Shown: one piece after another, positions 28,376 through 37,925 of the stretch
Numbering within the stretch: the first letter of the stretch is position 1
Layout of the letters: every line of letters begins with the position of its first letter
NCBI GenBank assembly: GCA_022712855.1
Contig: JAFLJT010000320.1
Coordinates: 3,915 to 67,914 of the forward strand
From: Pseudodesulfovibrio sp.
GTDB lineage: Bacteria > Desulfobacterota > Desulfovibrionia > Desulfovibrionales > Desulfovibrionaceae
DNA length: 64,000 nt
Reading direction: 5' to 3'
Notes under the pieces: model-generated
What the model saw: the letters and a program-made list of their open reading frames with translations, nothing else
What the model was told of the DNA's origin: nothing
The model's database searches: none
Position numbers and translations under genes: made by a program

Positions 28376-29776
28376 ATGAGCAGTGCAATTACCAACGCAG
28401 GCGAGGCCCTTATTGCCCTGCACCAGAACCAGGAAACCGGGCTGGTTATCGACAAATTTATCATCGCCAACGTGGCCGGGGTAGATCCCGCTGCAGCGGT
28501 AGATCGGGCCGAGGGCAAACCCGCAGCCGAGGACATCCTCCTCGAGTACATAATCCCGGCAGAAAACAAGGGCTATATCAACCCGAATCAGGTGGTTTTC
28601 TCCATGCTGTTGGGTTCCGATATCGGCGACTTCTATTTCAACTGGCTGGGCCTTTATAGCTCTGCCGACGACACCGTTGTTGCCATCACCTACTGCCCCA
28701 CCCTTTCCAAATGGAAGACGGCACACCCGACCATGGGCAACGCCATCACCCGCAATTTCATGCTGGAATACTCCAGCATCCAGGACGTGACACAGATAGA
28801 TGTAAGCGCGGACACCTGGCAGATTGATTTCACGGCGCGCCTGAAGGGCATCGATGAGCGCGAACGGATGTCGAACAAAGACATATACGGCGAGGCTTGT
28901 TTCTTCGGTGACGGTTATTTGGTCATCAACGATGCGGATACATTCAAACTGCAGCCCGGTACCGGGTATGTGGAAGGGATCCGAATTGACCAGGTGGCCG
29001 AACAGATTATCAACCCCGGTGCGCTGCCTGCCGAAGTCTTTCTTGATGTGGCGCTGCAGCCCCAAGGCTCGGATCGTGTTGCAATTGCATCGGTAGTGTT
29101 TGCGGATCCCGGAGACTATGCGGACGGAACCAACGACAACCACTATGGGCAGAAAATTGCCGACATCGATGGCGATGGGGTTGTGACGGATTTCAGGCCC
29201 AAGAGTTTGGGTTCCGCCGGAGAAATGATGGCGGAGAAAGACCATACGCACGATGAATACGAACCGAAGACGAACACCGACACCATTTATATAGGCTGTG
29301 GAGCCATGACTTCGTCGATGACGGATGGGGCCACTTCCGAGGTGGTGGAAGATACGGCCAATGGCCTCAGTCGTTCGGTGGCATCGTTCCCCGGCACCGA
29401 CAAAAATACGTCCATGGAATTCGAGTTCCTCATGCCAGGCAATTGGGACGCCGACACTATTACCGCCAAACTTGTCTGGTCGGCACCCGTTGCGGTCGCC
29501 GGAGATGAAGTCCGCTTCGATCTTGCCGCCGTAGCCATTGGTGACGGCGAAGCTTTGGACACCCCCCTGGGGGCAGCCGTGGCTATAGATGACACTGTCA
29601 CCGCCGCCGGGATGAAACAGAAGTCAACAAGCAGCGCAGACCTAACCGTGGGAGGTATTCCTTCAGCGGGGGACTTGGTTCGTTTCAAGCTGACCCGCGA
29701 TTTCGACTATGGAACCCAGCCGCTCGCTGACGTTGCCCAGGGACTCGGCCTCCTCATCACTTACGGCAAGGTTTAA
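28376..29776 (+). CDS. Tail fiber protein
   Basis: N-terminal GDF.FNW.GL and TWQIDF..RL typical of HP1-type fibers; divergent C-terminus. Confidence 0.8.
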   Translation: MSSAITNAGEALIALHQNQETGLVIDKFIIANVAGVDPAAAVDRAEGKPAAEDILLEYIIPAENKGYINPNQVVFSMLLGSDIGDFYFNWLGLYSSADDTVVAITYCPTLSKWKTAHPTMGNAITRNFMLEYSSIQDVTQIDVSADTWQIDFTARLKGIDERERMSNKDIYGEACFFGDGYLVINDADTFKLQPGTGYVEGIRIDQVAEQIINPGALPAEVFLDVALQPQGSDRVAIASVVFADPGDYADGTNDNHYGQKIADIDGDGVVTDFRPKSLGSAGEMMAEKDHTHDEYEPKTNTDTIYIGCGAMTSSMTDGATSEVVEDTANGLSRSVASFPGTDKNTSMEFEFLMPGNWDADTITAKLVWSAPVAVAGDEVRFDLAAVAIGDGEALDTPLGAAVAIDDTVTAAGMKQKSTSSADLTVGGIPSAGDLVRFKLTRDFDYGTQPLADVAQGLGLLITYGKV

Positions 29777-29786
29777 GGAGCTAACT

Positions 29787-30575
29787 ATGCCAACTATTAC
29801 CATCGGAAGTGGAAAGGGTGCTGCCGCCGCGAGCAACTCCCAGCCTGTGAAAATTAATTACATACCTGTTACCGAGGCAGAGGCGGACGCCAATACTTTT
29901 GTGACCGAATTTAATAGTGGGACCGGAACCCACGAACCGGGTGTGGGGGGCGAACTGACCGACCTAGATTTGATTGTGTCGCAGTTCGGTAATGTCCCCG
30001 GAGCTGTTGACGGCGGCCGCAATATTACGGTCACATCAGGTCAGTATTTTCAACCGACTGCAGCGGCCATATTTAAATTTTTCAACAACCCAAGCGGCAT
30101 GACCGTCATCAAACAATGCAGCCACCTGACAACCGAAGGGTATCTCGGCTATTTGCAATTAAGGAACGGCTCGAGCCAAGCCGTCGGTCAGATTTTTGGC
30201 GAAGATTTTTCCCGAACGGTTCTTAGTCATATAGACCCATCCACCGCAGACGCGGCAGAGAGTCTCATCGGCATAGGTGACCCGGTCCTGCCTATAAATG
30301 ATATCTTTTGGCACATAACCTCCTTCGACTTTGTCAACAATGTTGGATTTGCCGGGCTTGCTATCAAGGACACGTTGCCGATGGCCCTGTCCGATTTCAT
30401 CGGAACATGCATTTTTTTCAATGCACGACAGGTTTTTAATGAGTCGTCGGTGACCATTGACTCGAACAACTCATCCCTCTTCGGGATTAAATCGGGCGGC
30501 ACTTCCGCTCTGTACAAATGCCGGGGCCTGAGCCTTTCAAAAATATCGTATATTGAGGGGGTAAATAATGACTAA
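29787..30575 (+). CDS. Putative tail-fiber-associated/receptor-binding protein
   Basis: AAGGAG RBS, beta-rich, directly after the fiber. Confidence 0.5.
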   Translation: MPTITIGSGKGAAAASNSQPVKINYIPVTEAEADANTFVTEFNSGTGTHEPGVGGELTDLDLIVSQFGNVPGAVDGGRNITVTSGQYFQPTAAAIFKFFNNPSGMTVIKQCSHLTTEGYLGYLQLRNGSSQAVGQIFGEDFSRTVLSHIDPSTADAAESLIGIGDPVLPINDIFWHITSFDFVNNVGFAGLAIKDTLPMALSDFIGTCIFFNARQVFNESSVTIDSNNSSLFGIKSGGTSALYKCRGLSLSKISYIEGVNND

Positions 30576-30903
30576 AAGCTTTGCAGAATACACGTTGGTA
30601 GACCACGGATGGGACGACCCTAACGCCGATCCGGTGGAGCATCTTGAAACCATCGAAGGCCGCGACAATGTCGACCAGAAGTTTATCCACAACGGGGTAA
30701 CAGGTTACCCTGAAAATCATGTCTGGATGTTCGAAGGGAATGGCACTGTGCTGGCCCTGTTTGATGGCACTCCCGATGAAGGCGGCGTCGAGATTGCCGA
30801 GGCCGAGGTGCTCGACAGGCTCATCTCCAGCTACGGATTCCCATTGGGAACGACACTGGGTGAAGATGGCAAGCCGATAGTCCCTGCAGACGAAAGAAGT
30901 TAG
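30568..30903 (+). CDS. Hypothetical acidic protein (possible fiber chaperone)
   Basis: Coupled ORF, 111 aa. Confidence 0.5.
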   Translation: MTKSFAEYTLVDHGWDDPNADPVEHLETIEGRDNVDQKFIHNGVTGYPENHVWMFEGNGTVLALFDGTPDEGGVEIAEAEVLDRLISSYGFPLGTTLGEDGKPIVPADERS

Positions 30904-30906
30904 GCC

Positions 30907-31812
30907 ATGCTCTGGTCGTCAATTTTTCTTTCTACACCAACACCCCTGCAAGCCGTCCATGATGGTCTGCAGGGGTGCCATTCCGCAGCGCCTGGTGAAC
31001 TGGATAACAGCAAAGCAAGGCTGGCCGAGGTAACCAATGCGGTGACCATCACCACCAATCCAGTGGCGGCGACCGCGTCCGGCATCGATGTCTTGCGGCA
31101 GTCCATGAATGAGCTGCTGCAGGTGGGCGGGCGGTTTGTTTGTACCCACCCATATTTGCACCCGCTCGGCGACCGACGCGGGGACTATTCCTATTTGACC
31201 CCCCAACAGGCGGTTGAGGGCATGGCCGCCAAGCTGGCCGATCCCATGGACCTGCCGGCCGACGGGGATCTGCAGGGCCTTTTTCTCCTCCTGCGTGGTG
31301 TAGACCACCGAGGTTTTGCCGATGCTCTGGGCGCTTTCAACACTATTTTCCCCGTTACTGAATTGCAGCTGGCCGAACGCCGCGCCGGATGGTTGGCGAC
31401 GCTGGAAAAGGACAAGCTCATCCAGGCAACCGGACCGATCCACCCGGCCTGGCACGAACAGGATCCGCGCCGCCATGGAGGCGGTACCGAGATGGAAACG
31501 ACCCTCGGCCCATTGGTCGCCATGGCCGAAGGATACGACCAGGAGAACGTCCGACCGGAAGCGGAGCTGGCCGCGCTCATCGAAAAGAAACGGGCACACC
31601 TTCAGGCCATCGATGCGGCATGGACGGCCCTCGCGGACAACCTGCAAAACGGGACGGGGCTGGCCCTTGTTCTGGAAGGCAACAGCGGAAGCATTCATCG
31701 GCAGCTGGTCGAGAACACGCCCCCGGCCGAGGGCTACAAGTTGGCCGCCGTGTGTGGCTGGATCGGCGAAGCTCATCAAATGACATTTTTCAGGGAGTTG
31801 TTGGGCATATGA
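30907..31812 (+). CDS. Hypothetical tail-region protein
   Basis: YLTP..AV..MA.KL.D; synteny with HP1-like tail ends. Confidence 0.65.
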   Translation: MLWSSIFLSTPTPLQAVHDGLQGCHSAAPGELDNSKARLAEVTNAVTITTNPVAATASGIDVLRQSMNELLQVGGRFVCTHPYLHPLGDRRGDYSYLTPQQAVEGMAAKLADPMDLPADGDLQGLFLLLRGVDHRGFADALGAFNTIFPVTELQLAERRAGWLATLEKDKLIQATGPIHPAWHEQDPRRHGGGTEMETTLGPLVAMAEGYDQENVRPEAELAALIEKKRAHLQAIDAAWTALADNLQNGTGLALVLEGNSGSIHRQLVENTPPAEGYKLAAVCGWIGEAHQMTFFRELLGI

Positions 31813-32345
31813 AATTTCTATTATTGAATGACTACGACGTCCCCGGCTACAATCTGAAGATCGGCGGCGGCATGACTATCCGCACCTCCGATGCCTCTGG
31901 CGAAACGAGCAGCACGGATGAAGTGGACAAGGGGACCAAGGGGAAAAAACTGACCGTGTCCCTCTCCATCCGCTTTGCCGACGAAGCCGATTTAAAAAGG
32001 CTCATCCGTGTCAGCGAGGCCAAGGTCAACGGCGCGCGAAAAATTTACACCATCACCAACAAGACGGCCAACACCGTGGGCATCCGGCAGGTCCGATTTG
32101 CCGAGAGCTTCAACTGGCCGGAGAACGGTACCCTGCGACAGTGGGATGTGTCTTTCACCCTGAAGGAATACCTTTCCAATCCCGAGCGAGTAGAACAGCG
32201 CGAAGAGAAGCCCGCGCCTGTGGCTCAAACCAGTGAAGGCAAAGCCACCGAAGAGGAGCGCCCCGCCGAGACAGCCGAAGCCGTGGCGGAACCCCAGACC
32301 GGATTTGAAAAGTTCCTGCACCTCGTTGACCAGGCACTCGCATGA
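31809..32345 (+). CDS. Baseplate complex protein
   Basis: D.SGETSST...KG.K.K.L.VSL, W.VSFTL.E. Confidence 0.7.
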   Translation: MKFLLLNDYDVPGYNLKIGGGMTIRTSDASGETSSTDEVDKGTKGKKLTVSLSIRFADEADLKRLIRVSEAKVNGARKIYTITNKTANTVGIRQVRFAESFNWPENGTLRQWDVSFTLKEYLSNPERVEQREEKPAPVAQTSEGKATEEERPAETAEAVAEPQTGFEKFLHLVDQALA

Positions 32346-33040
32346 AGCTGCGGAAAACCCTTTATATCAACGATGAGCCGATCAAGCTCGTGAGCGAAGA
32401 GATCCGCCTCTCCTTACATTCACCGGGCCGGGCCATCTTCCAGGTGCAAAGCAAAGCACCCCTTTCGGGCATTGTCCGCATGGAGATGGGGTATACCAAC
32501 CAAGACAAGGACCAAGTCTATTTTATTGGATTCATCCGGGGCAGTGAAATGGTTGATGGCAGCCAGCAGCGGATCCGGTGCCGTGAATTGTCCGGTGGAT
32601 TATACGCGGCCCTGCCCGCCTCCCTCCGGCATCCGACATTGCGGGACGTTGTTCAATGGTACACCGACCAGATCGGTTTGAAATTTGTTGTGCCGGAAAG
32701 AGACTATGCCGAGCGGCAGGTCCCGGCCTTTTACACGCTGGGCGATGGGTTCCAGGGTATCAATTCCCTGGGCGCGGTTTTCGGTATTGAGGATTATATC
32801 TGGCAACAGCAAGGCGACGGCAGCATCTTTGTGGGTTCCTGGAAGGATTCACGATGGGCGACCCGGCCAGTGGAACTTGACGAAAAGCTATTCGACAAAG
32901 TGACGGCTACTGGCGGCAAAAAATCGGCTGTTATCCCCCAAATCCGGCCCGGCGTTCTCCTTAACAATAGATATGTGGTGGGCGTGCAGATGTCCGGCCA
33001 TGAAATGGTGACGACATGCGCGACCTCGTTAAAAAAATAG
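32342..33040 (+). CDS. Baseplate hub-like protein
   Basis: PGRA.F, SLRHPTLRDV, WQQQGDG.IFVGSW. Confidence 0.7.
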   Translation: MKLRKTLYINDEPIKLVSEEIRLSLHSPGRAIFQVQSKAPLSGIVRMEMGYTNQDKDQVYFIGFIRGSEMVDGSQQRIRCRELSGGLYAALPASLRHPTLRDVVQWYTDQIGLKFVVPERDYAERQVPAFYTLGDGFQGINSLGAVFGIEDYIWQQQGDGSIFVGSWKDSRWATRPVELDEKLFDKVTATGGKKSAVIPQIRPGVLLNNRYVVGVQMSGHEMVTTCATSLKK

Positions 33041-34137
33041 TATTGAAGCTATTCCCGGAGCTGACCGCCGGGCTACATCTCGACAGGTTTGCTCGCGTGG
33101 TTGCGGTCAATGATCCCCCGACCGAGGGCGGAGCCTCCGAACGGTTCCGACCACGGTATGCCGTGGATCTGGAAATCCTGACCCCGGATGGGCAGCGGGA
33201 CGAAGCCTTCCCCATATATGGAGCGGTGCAGCTTCCGGTATCGATAGGATGCGGCCAGGAGGCCGGGCTATTCGGTTTCCCGGAGCCTGGCACCATCGTC
33301 GTGATCGGCTTCGCCTATGGCAGCCCTGACCATCCGCTCGTGCGCCAGATCTACCCCCAAGGCATGAGCCTGCCGGATATAGCCATGGGGCAACAGCGCT
33401 GGCAGCAATCCCCGGCGGTATTCCAGGATGTGGACAAGGACGGGAACTGGACGCGCGAAACAGACATGGCCATAACCGACGACTCGCTCATCCATGTGAC
33501 CAATGCCGTGGAAAAAATCGACACCCTTTCGCGTGAGCTTCGCCGGATCCACGAGAACAGTGTAGAGGAAATCGGCGGCACCAAGACCATCGAAGCCCTG
33601 GGCGCGTTCCGGGTTCGGTCGGCAGGATCCGCCGGACTGTGTGCCGTGGACAATATCAATTTCACCACCGGACGCGACCAGAATCTCATTGTCTCCCAGG
33701 ACCGCAAAGAGGTCGCCGGGCGGCATCACACATCCCTGGTCAAAGGCAACCTGGAAGAAACGGTCGACGGGAACCACACCGAGAACGTGGGCGAGGACAG
33801 GACGGAATCAACCGGGGGGGATCAAACTTCCGACGTGGCCGGAACTGTCACTGTGACCGTGGGGTCAACATCAACCGAGCAGGTGACGGGCATCAAGACC
33901 ATCACCGCCCCATTCATCAACATGGAAGCGGCCACCATTCGCCTGGGCCAACCCGGCAGCGGTATCAGCCTGCTGCCCACCATCATCGACTTCATGGAGG
34001 AAGTACGGTGCTGCTTTGTGGATCTGGCCCAGCACAGGCACAACGGGAGTGTAGTGCCGGACAATGCCGGGGAGATAAACACTCACGCCACCGACATCAC
34101 GACCCTGAAGGGCAAGCTCAACACAATCAACGGCTAA
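33016..34137 (+). CDS. Baseplate spike (gpV/gp5-like)
   Basis: FPEL..G.HL, FRPRYAVD, short beta-helix repeats, C-terminal HRH. Confidence 0.75.
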   Translation: MRDLVKKIVLKLFPELTAGLHLDRFARVVAVNDPPTEGGASERFRPRYAVDLEILTPDGQRDEAFPIYGAVQLPVSIGCGQEAGLFGFPEPGTIVVIGFAYGSPDHPLVRQIYPQGMSLPDIAMGQQRWQQSPAVFQDVDKDGNWTRETDMAITDDSLIHVTNAVEKIDTLSRELRRIHENSVEEIGGTKTIEALGAFRVRSAGSAGLCAVDNINFTTGRDQNLIVSQDRKEVAGRHHTSLVKGNLEETVDGNHTENVGEDRTESTGGDQTSDVAGTVTVTVGSTSTEQVTGIKTITAPFINMEAATIRLGQPGSGISLLPTIIDFMEEVRCCFVDLAQHRHNGSVVPDNAGEINTHATDITTLKGKLNTING

Positions 34138-34299
34138 GCCGTGACAATATTCTTTGCTGAAAACCACGAGGAGGATACCCCTATGAAATAATCAAACCGG
34201 ACCACCAAAAAAAAAGAAACTGCAGCAAATCCGCCGCAGTTTTTTTTTGCGCCTTCAGCCCGAGCCACCCCCTCAGAAAAAAGAAAACCCCTCAAAAAA

Positions 34300-34353
34300 A
34301 TCACTCCTCCGCTCCCGCCTTCGGGCTTTTTCGTCCGTTTTTTGTGCAAGTTG
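34300..34353. other. Candidate cos/packaging site
   Basis: CTCCTCCGCTCCCGCC...TTTTTGTGCAAGTTG loosely resembles P2-family cos regions; position between tail genes and att as in HP1. Confidence 0.35.
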
Positions 34354-34670
34354 GGGGACGCGCGAGACACCCCCGGAAATGTGGCGGCTCTAGGGGGTTC
34401 AAAGCATTACCCTTTTTGCACGGATTGCAACGAAGCGCAGCTCTGTGCGAGATAGAAGCACCCCCGACCTACTGACCGATAATCAGTTCGTCACAATGGC
34501 CGTGCGGGTTTCCCAGCTTTTTTAAAAACCGCCGACTTATCAAACAAGGGGAAATGCCATCCTGCAGGACTGCATATTTATTACGTATTATGCCACAAGC
34601 CGCGCGGGTTAAGGGCTCCCCAGGGCGGTGAAATCTGACTTGCACAAAAAGGACCTTGCCCTGGTTGCGA

Positions 34671-34688
34671 GGTCCCTATCGGGTCCCT
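34671..34688. repeat. Putative phage integrase arm-type sites (GGTCCCT x2, 11-bp period)
   Basis: Direct repeat 40 bp inside attR. Confidence 0.45.
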
Positions 34689-34728
34689 CCTCCCCGCAAA
34701 CCCTTTGTTTAAGCCATCCCGCGACTTA

Positions 34729-34773
34729 TTCGTAATCAGTAGGTCGTCGGTTCAATTCCGATTCTTGGCTCCA
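34729..34773 (+). tRNA. tRNA-Thr(CGT) 3' half, att junction 1 (prophage attR)
   Basis: TTCGTAA anticodon loop, TCAGT, AGGTC, GTCGG-TTCAATT-CCGAT, TCTTGGC-T-CCA; no 5' half. Confidence 0.92.
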
Positions 34774-34781
34774 GGAAAATT

Positions 34782-34819
34782 AAAGCCTCACAGTGAGTTA
34801 TGTCACTATGAGGCTTTTT
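34782..34819 (+). terminator. Terminator after tRNA fragment 1
   Basis: AAAGCCTCA...TGAGGCTTTTT. Confidence 0.8.
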
Positions 34820-34855
34820 ACTTGTGCTAAATTGAGTCAGAAAAGTACAAACATG

Positions 34856-34943
34856 TGTGTACAATTTGCGTACACCTTAATTCTGACCACTATGATTTCA
34901 ATGTGTTAGGTGTCCTCACCAACTGATTTGGTATCAGTAGGTC
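34856..34943. repeat. Left-end module copy 1 (arm pair, IHF-like site, attB-like core)
   Basis: TGTGTACA-N3-TGCGTACA; TTTCAAtgtgTTA; CAACTGA-TTTGGTA-TCAGTAGGTC. Confidence 0.8.
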
Positions 34944-34985
34944 ATCACCAGATATTGCTTTGAATTTTCGTAAATTGAAATGATG

Positions 34986-35990
34986 CTATGTTGCTTTGCG
35001 GACCGATTCGCGCTCCACGAGCCGGGGCTCGACCCTGATGACCTGGCCTTGATCACGCTTGCTGTCTACCCGATCTATAAGGGTGTCCACTGCCATGGCC
35101 GCCATTTCGTTTTTTGGCTGGTGAATTGTAGTGAGAGGTGGAGTCGTGTAGCGGGCAATGTAGATATCATCATAGCCAATGATGGACAGGTCGTCGGGGA
35201 TACAAACCCCTTTGCGTGCAGCCTCATTGATCACGCCTATCGCCATCATATCGTTGCAGACGAAAAGTGCTGTCGGATAGTCCTGCAGAGCCATGAGTTG
35301 CTGCATGGCATTAATGCCGCCCTTGCAGTCATAGTCGCCTTCGACGATCCATTCCTTGCGTACGGGCAGGCCAGCGTCATCCATGGCCTTCTTAAATCCT
35401 CCAAGGCGCTCCGCAGCCGACCGGCGCTCCAGTGGCCCCGTGACGCACCCGATCTCGGAATGGCCCATTTCTATAAGATGCATGGTGGCCATATATCCAC
35501 CATCTGGAGAGTTGTCGTAGATACGATCGACATTGTCCGATTCCGGTCCCCAGTCAAATACGACTGTGGGCGTACTTCGCTCCGCTTCGAGCAAGCTCAG
35601 GATGTCATCATTAACCTCACTGCAAAGCAGCAGCAATCCGTCTACACGCTTTTCTTCAAGCGCGTCGAGATTGGCTTCCATGCGTTTGACATCTCCATCA
35701 GTATTGCACAGGAAAAGTGTAAATCCTCGCTCATAACACCGTCTTTCCACGGCGTGCACCACCTCGGCAAAAAACGGGTTCCTGCTGGCAGTGACCAACA
35801 TACCCAGCGTATTGGTTCGTTGACCCTTCAGACTGCGGGCAATGGAGGAAGGGCGATAGTTCAATTGGCGAACAGCATTATTGACCCGCTCGCATGTGTC
35901 TTCCCGGACAAACCGGGTCTTGTTGAGCACATGAGAGACTGTCGAAGTCGAGACCTCTGCGAGTTTTGCTACATCTTTAATTGTCGCCAT
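34986..35990 (-). CDS. rbsR: LacI-family ribose repressor
   Basis: ATIKDVAKLAEVSTSTVSHVLN; in rbs operon. Confidence 0.88.
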   Translation of the reverse strand: MATIKDVAKLAEVSTSTVSHVLNKTRFVREDTCERVNNAVRQLNYRPSSIARSLKGQRTNTLGMLVTASRNPFFAEVVHAVERRCYERGFTLFLCNTDGDVKRMEANLDALEEKRVDGLLLLCSEVNDDILSLLEAERSTPTVVFDWGPESDNVDRIYDNSPDGGYMATMHLIEMGHSEIGCVTGPLERRSAAERLGGFKKAMDDAGLPVRKEWIVEGDYDCKGGINAMQQLMALQDYPTALFVCNDMMAIGVINEAARKGVCIPDDLSIIGYDDIYIARYTTPPLTTIHQPKNEMAAMAVDTLIDRVDSKRDQGQVIRVEPRLVERESVRKAT

Positions 35991-35995
35991 AAAAT

Positions 35996-36922
35996 CTAAT
36001 TATTCGCCTTGCTAAAATCGTTTACTTCGTCAATGCCGGGAATAGATGTCTGTGCTCCAATGCGGGTGACGGAAATAGCTGCTGCTGCATGGGCAAATTC
36101 AATGGCAGCATAGACGTCTTTTCCTTCCTGTAAAGCTGCAACAAGTGCTCCATTAAAGGTATCGCCAGCAGCCGTCGTATCAACAGCCTGAACGTCATAC
36201 CCCTCAACAAGACGGGAGCCTTCGGAGGAACTCAAATATGCTCCCTTCTCGCCAAGGGTTAATATGACTGTTTCAACACCTTTGTCATGCAAAATTTTGG
36301 CTGCTTTATGCGCGTCAGACTCATTAACGACTTTGATGCCAGTAAGGAGCTCCGCCTCTGTCTCATTAGGTGTAATCATGGACAGATTGGATAACAGAGA
36401 ATCCGGCAGAGCTTGAGCAGGGGCAGGATTGAGAACGACAATTGCCCCACTCTTCCGAGCTTCCTGCGCCGCGACCTCAATGGTTTCAAGTGGGATTTCT
36501 AGTTGCATCAGGACCATGTCGGCATTCCGAAGAAGGGCCATGTCCTTTTCAAGAACCTCGGGAGTAAATCTTCCATTGGCCTCGGGTGAGATGGCGATGC
36601 TATTTTCCCCACTGCTCGCAATCTGAATCAAGGCAATTCCAGTAGGCGTCTCCGCCATGGCCGTGACCCCGGAAGTGTCAATCCCGTCGTCTCGGAATCG
36701 TTCAATCATTCTCGCCCCAAAATCGTCGTCGCCCACACAGGCAACAAACGACACATCTGCTCCAAGCCTGGCGGCCGCCACAGCTTGATTGGCCCCCTTA
36801 CCACCGGGGATGACTTGATATCCGTGACCGACAACCGTCTCGCCAGGGCGTGGAAAATTATCCAACTGAAGGACATGGTCGGCATTAACACTACCGATAA
36901 CAACAAGTTTCTTTTTTGGCAT
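35996..36922 (-). CDS. rbsK: Ribokinase
   Basis: GGKGANQAVAAARLG, PNETE, DTTAAGDTFNG. Confidence 0.93.
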   Translation of the reverse strand: MPKKKLVVIGSVNADHVLQLDNFPRPGETVVGHGYQVIPGGKGANQAVAAARLGADVSFVACVGDDDFGARMIERFRDDGIDTSGVTAMAETPTGIALIQIASSGENSIAISPEANGRFTPEVLEKDMALLRNADMVLMQLEIPLETIEVAAQEARKSGAIVVLNPAPAQALPDSLLSNLSMITPNETEAELLTGIKVVNESDAHKAAKILHDKGVETVILTLGEKGAYLSSSEGSRLVEGYDVQAVDTTAAGDTFNGALVAALQEGKDVYAAIEFAHAAAAISVTRIGAQTSIPGIDEVNDFSKANN

Positions 36923-36926
36923 AGAG

Positions 36927-37907
36927 TTACTCAGTCACCTGAAGCTTGCTCAAAACCCTGTTTCTATAGGTATCTATGACAACAGCAGCCACGATAATCA
37001 GGCCAGTTACAATTTGTCTGACAAAATCACCCATGCCCAGCAGGAGCAATCCATTATTCAGCACGCCAATAATGCAGGCACCAAGGAATGTTCCAACAAG
37101 CGAGCCTTTGCCACCCATCATGCTGGTGCCGCCGATAACGACTGCCGCGATGGCATTGAGTTCAAATCCCACGCCAAGAATAGGACTGGCCATGGAAAGA
37201 CGGAGCATATACATGATGCCCGCAATGCCCACACAGCCTCCACAGATGACGTAGGCCGCAATCTTGTAAACGATAGTGTTGTGGCCTGAGAGGCGGACTG
37301 CTTCTTCATTGTTTCCGATGGCATAGATCATCCGGCCGAATACGGACCGGTTGAGAACAATAGTCCCGATGACGACCAGCGTCAGAGCCATGATGAAGAT
37401 TACCGGCAGGCCAAAAACGGTCTGTGAGCCGAGGTCGGTAAATGCTTCGGGGAAGCCGAACAGGGTTCTGGAATCACTGATCTGAAGCGCAGCCCCACGG
37501 GCGATATTGAGCATGCCGAGGGTGACGACAAAGGAGTGAATTTTCCAACGTTCAGACACGAACCCATTAAACAGGCCGCAAACCGCGCCGATGGCAAGAG
37601 AGCCGAGCACGGCCAGAAAAATGGCGATGCCAGGCGAAAATGCTTCATTCGTAATGGTCAACCCAGCAACGATGGTACACAGTGCCAACACGGATCCCAC
37701 AGAGAGGTCGATGCCCCCTAGGAGGATAACGAAGGTCATCCCCGCCGCGATGACGGTATTGATGCTGATCTGAGTGCAGATATTCATCAGATTGATGGGG
37801 GAGGCAAAGTTCGGTGCGGCAAACATGAAATATACGACAATCAACACCAAAGCCACACCAATACCCGCTTCTCTGAGCAGCAGATACGCAAGTTTTCTTA
37901 AATTCAT
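36927..37907 (-). CDS. rbsC: Sugar ABC transporter permease
   Basis: GGIDLSVGS, ELNAIAAVVIGGTS. Confidence 0.85.
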   Translation of the reverse strand: MNLRKLAYLLLREAGIGVALVLIVVYFMFAAPNFASPINLMNICTQISINTVIAAGMTFVILLGGIDLSVGSVLALCTIVAGLTITNEAFSPGIAIFLAVLGSLAIGAVCGLFNGFVSERWKIHSFVVTLGMLNIARGAALQISDSRTLFGFPEAFTDLGSQTVFGLPVIFIMALTLVVIGTIVLNRSVFGRMIYAIGNNEEAVRLSGHNTIVYKIAAYVICGGCVGIAGIMYMLRLSMASPILGVGFELNAIAAVVIGGTSMMGGKGSLVGTFLGACIIGVLNNGLLLLGMGDFVRQIVTGLIIVAAVVIDTYRNRVLSKLQVTE

Positions 37908-37925
37908 ACCACGTCCCCGTTTTAC

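Larger units (their letters stand above)
1..34735. mobile_element. P2/HP1-like prophage integrated at tRNA-Thr(CGT); left att is outside the window
   Basis: Contiguous int, repressor, replication, ogr, portal/terminase/scaffold/capsid and contractile tail genes, ending at a tRNA-Thr 3' fragment (34729-34773). Confidence 0.95.

Noticed and set aside
28376-30903. Diversity-generating retroelement or invertible tail-fiber system
   Set aside because: No reverse transcriptase, invertase or template/variable repeat pair was seen.
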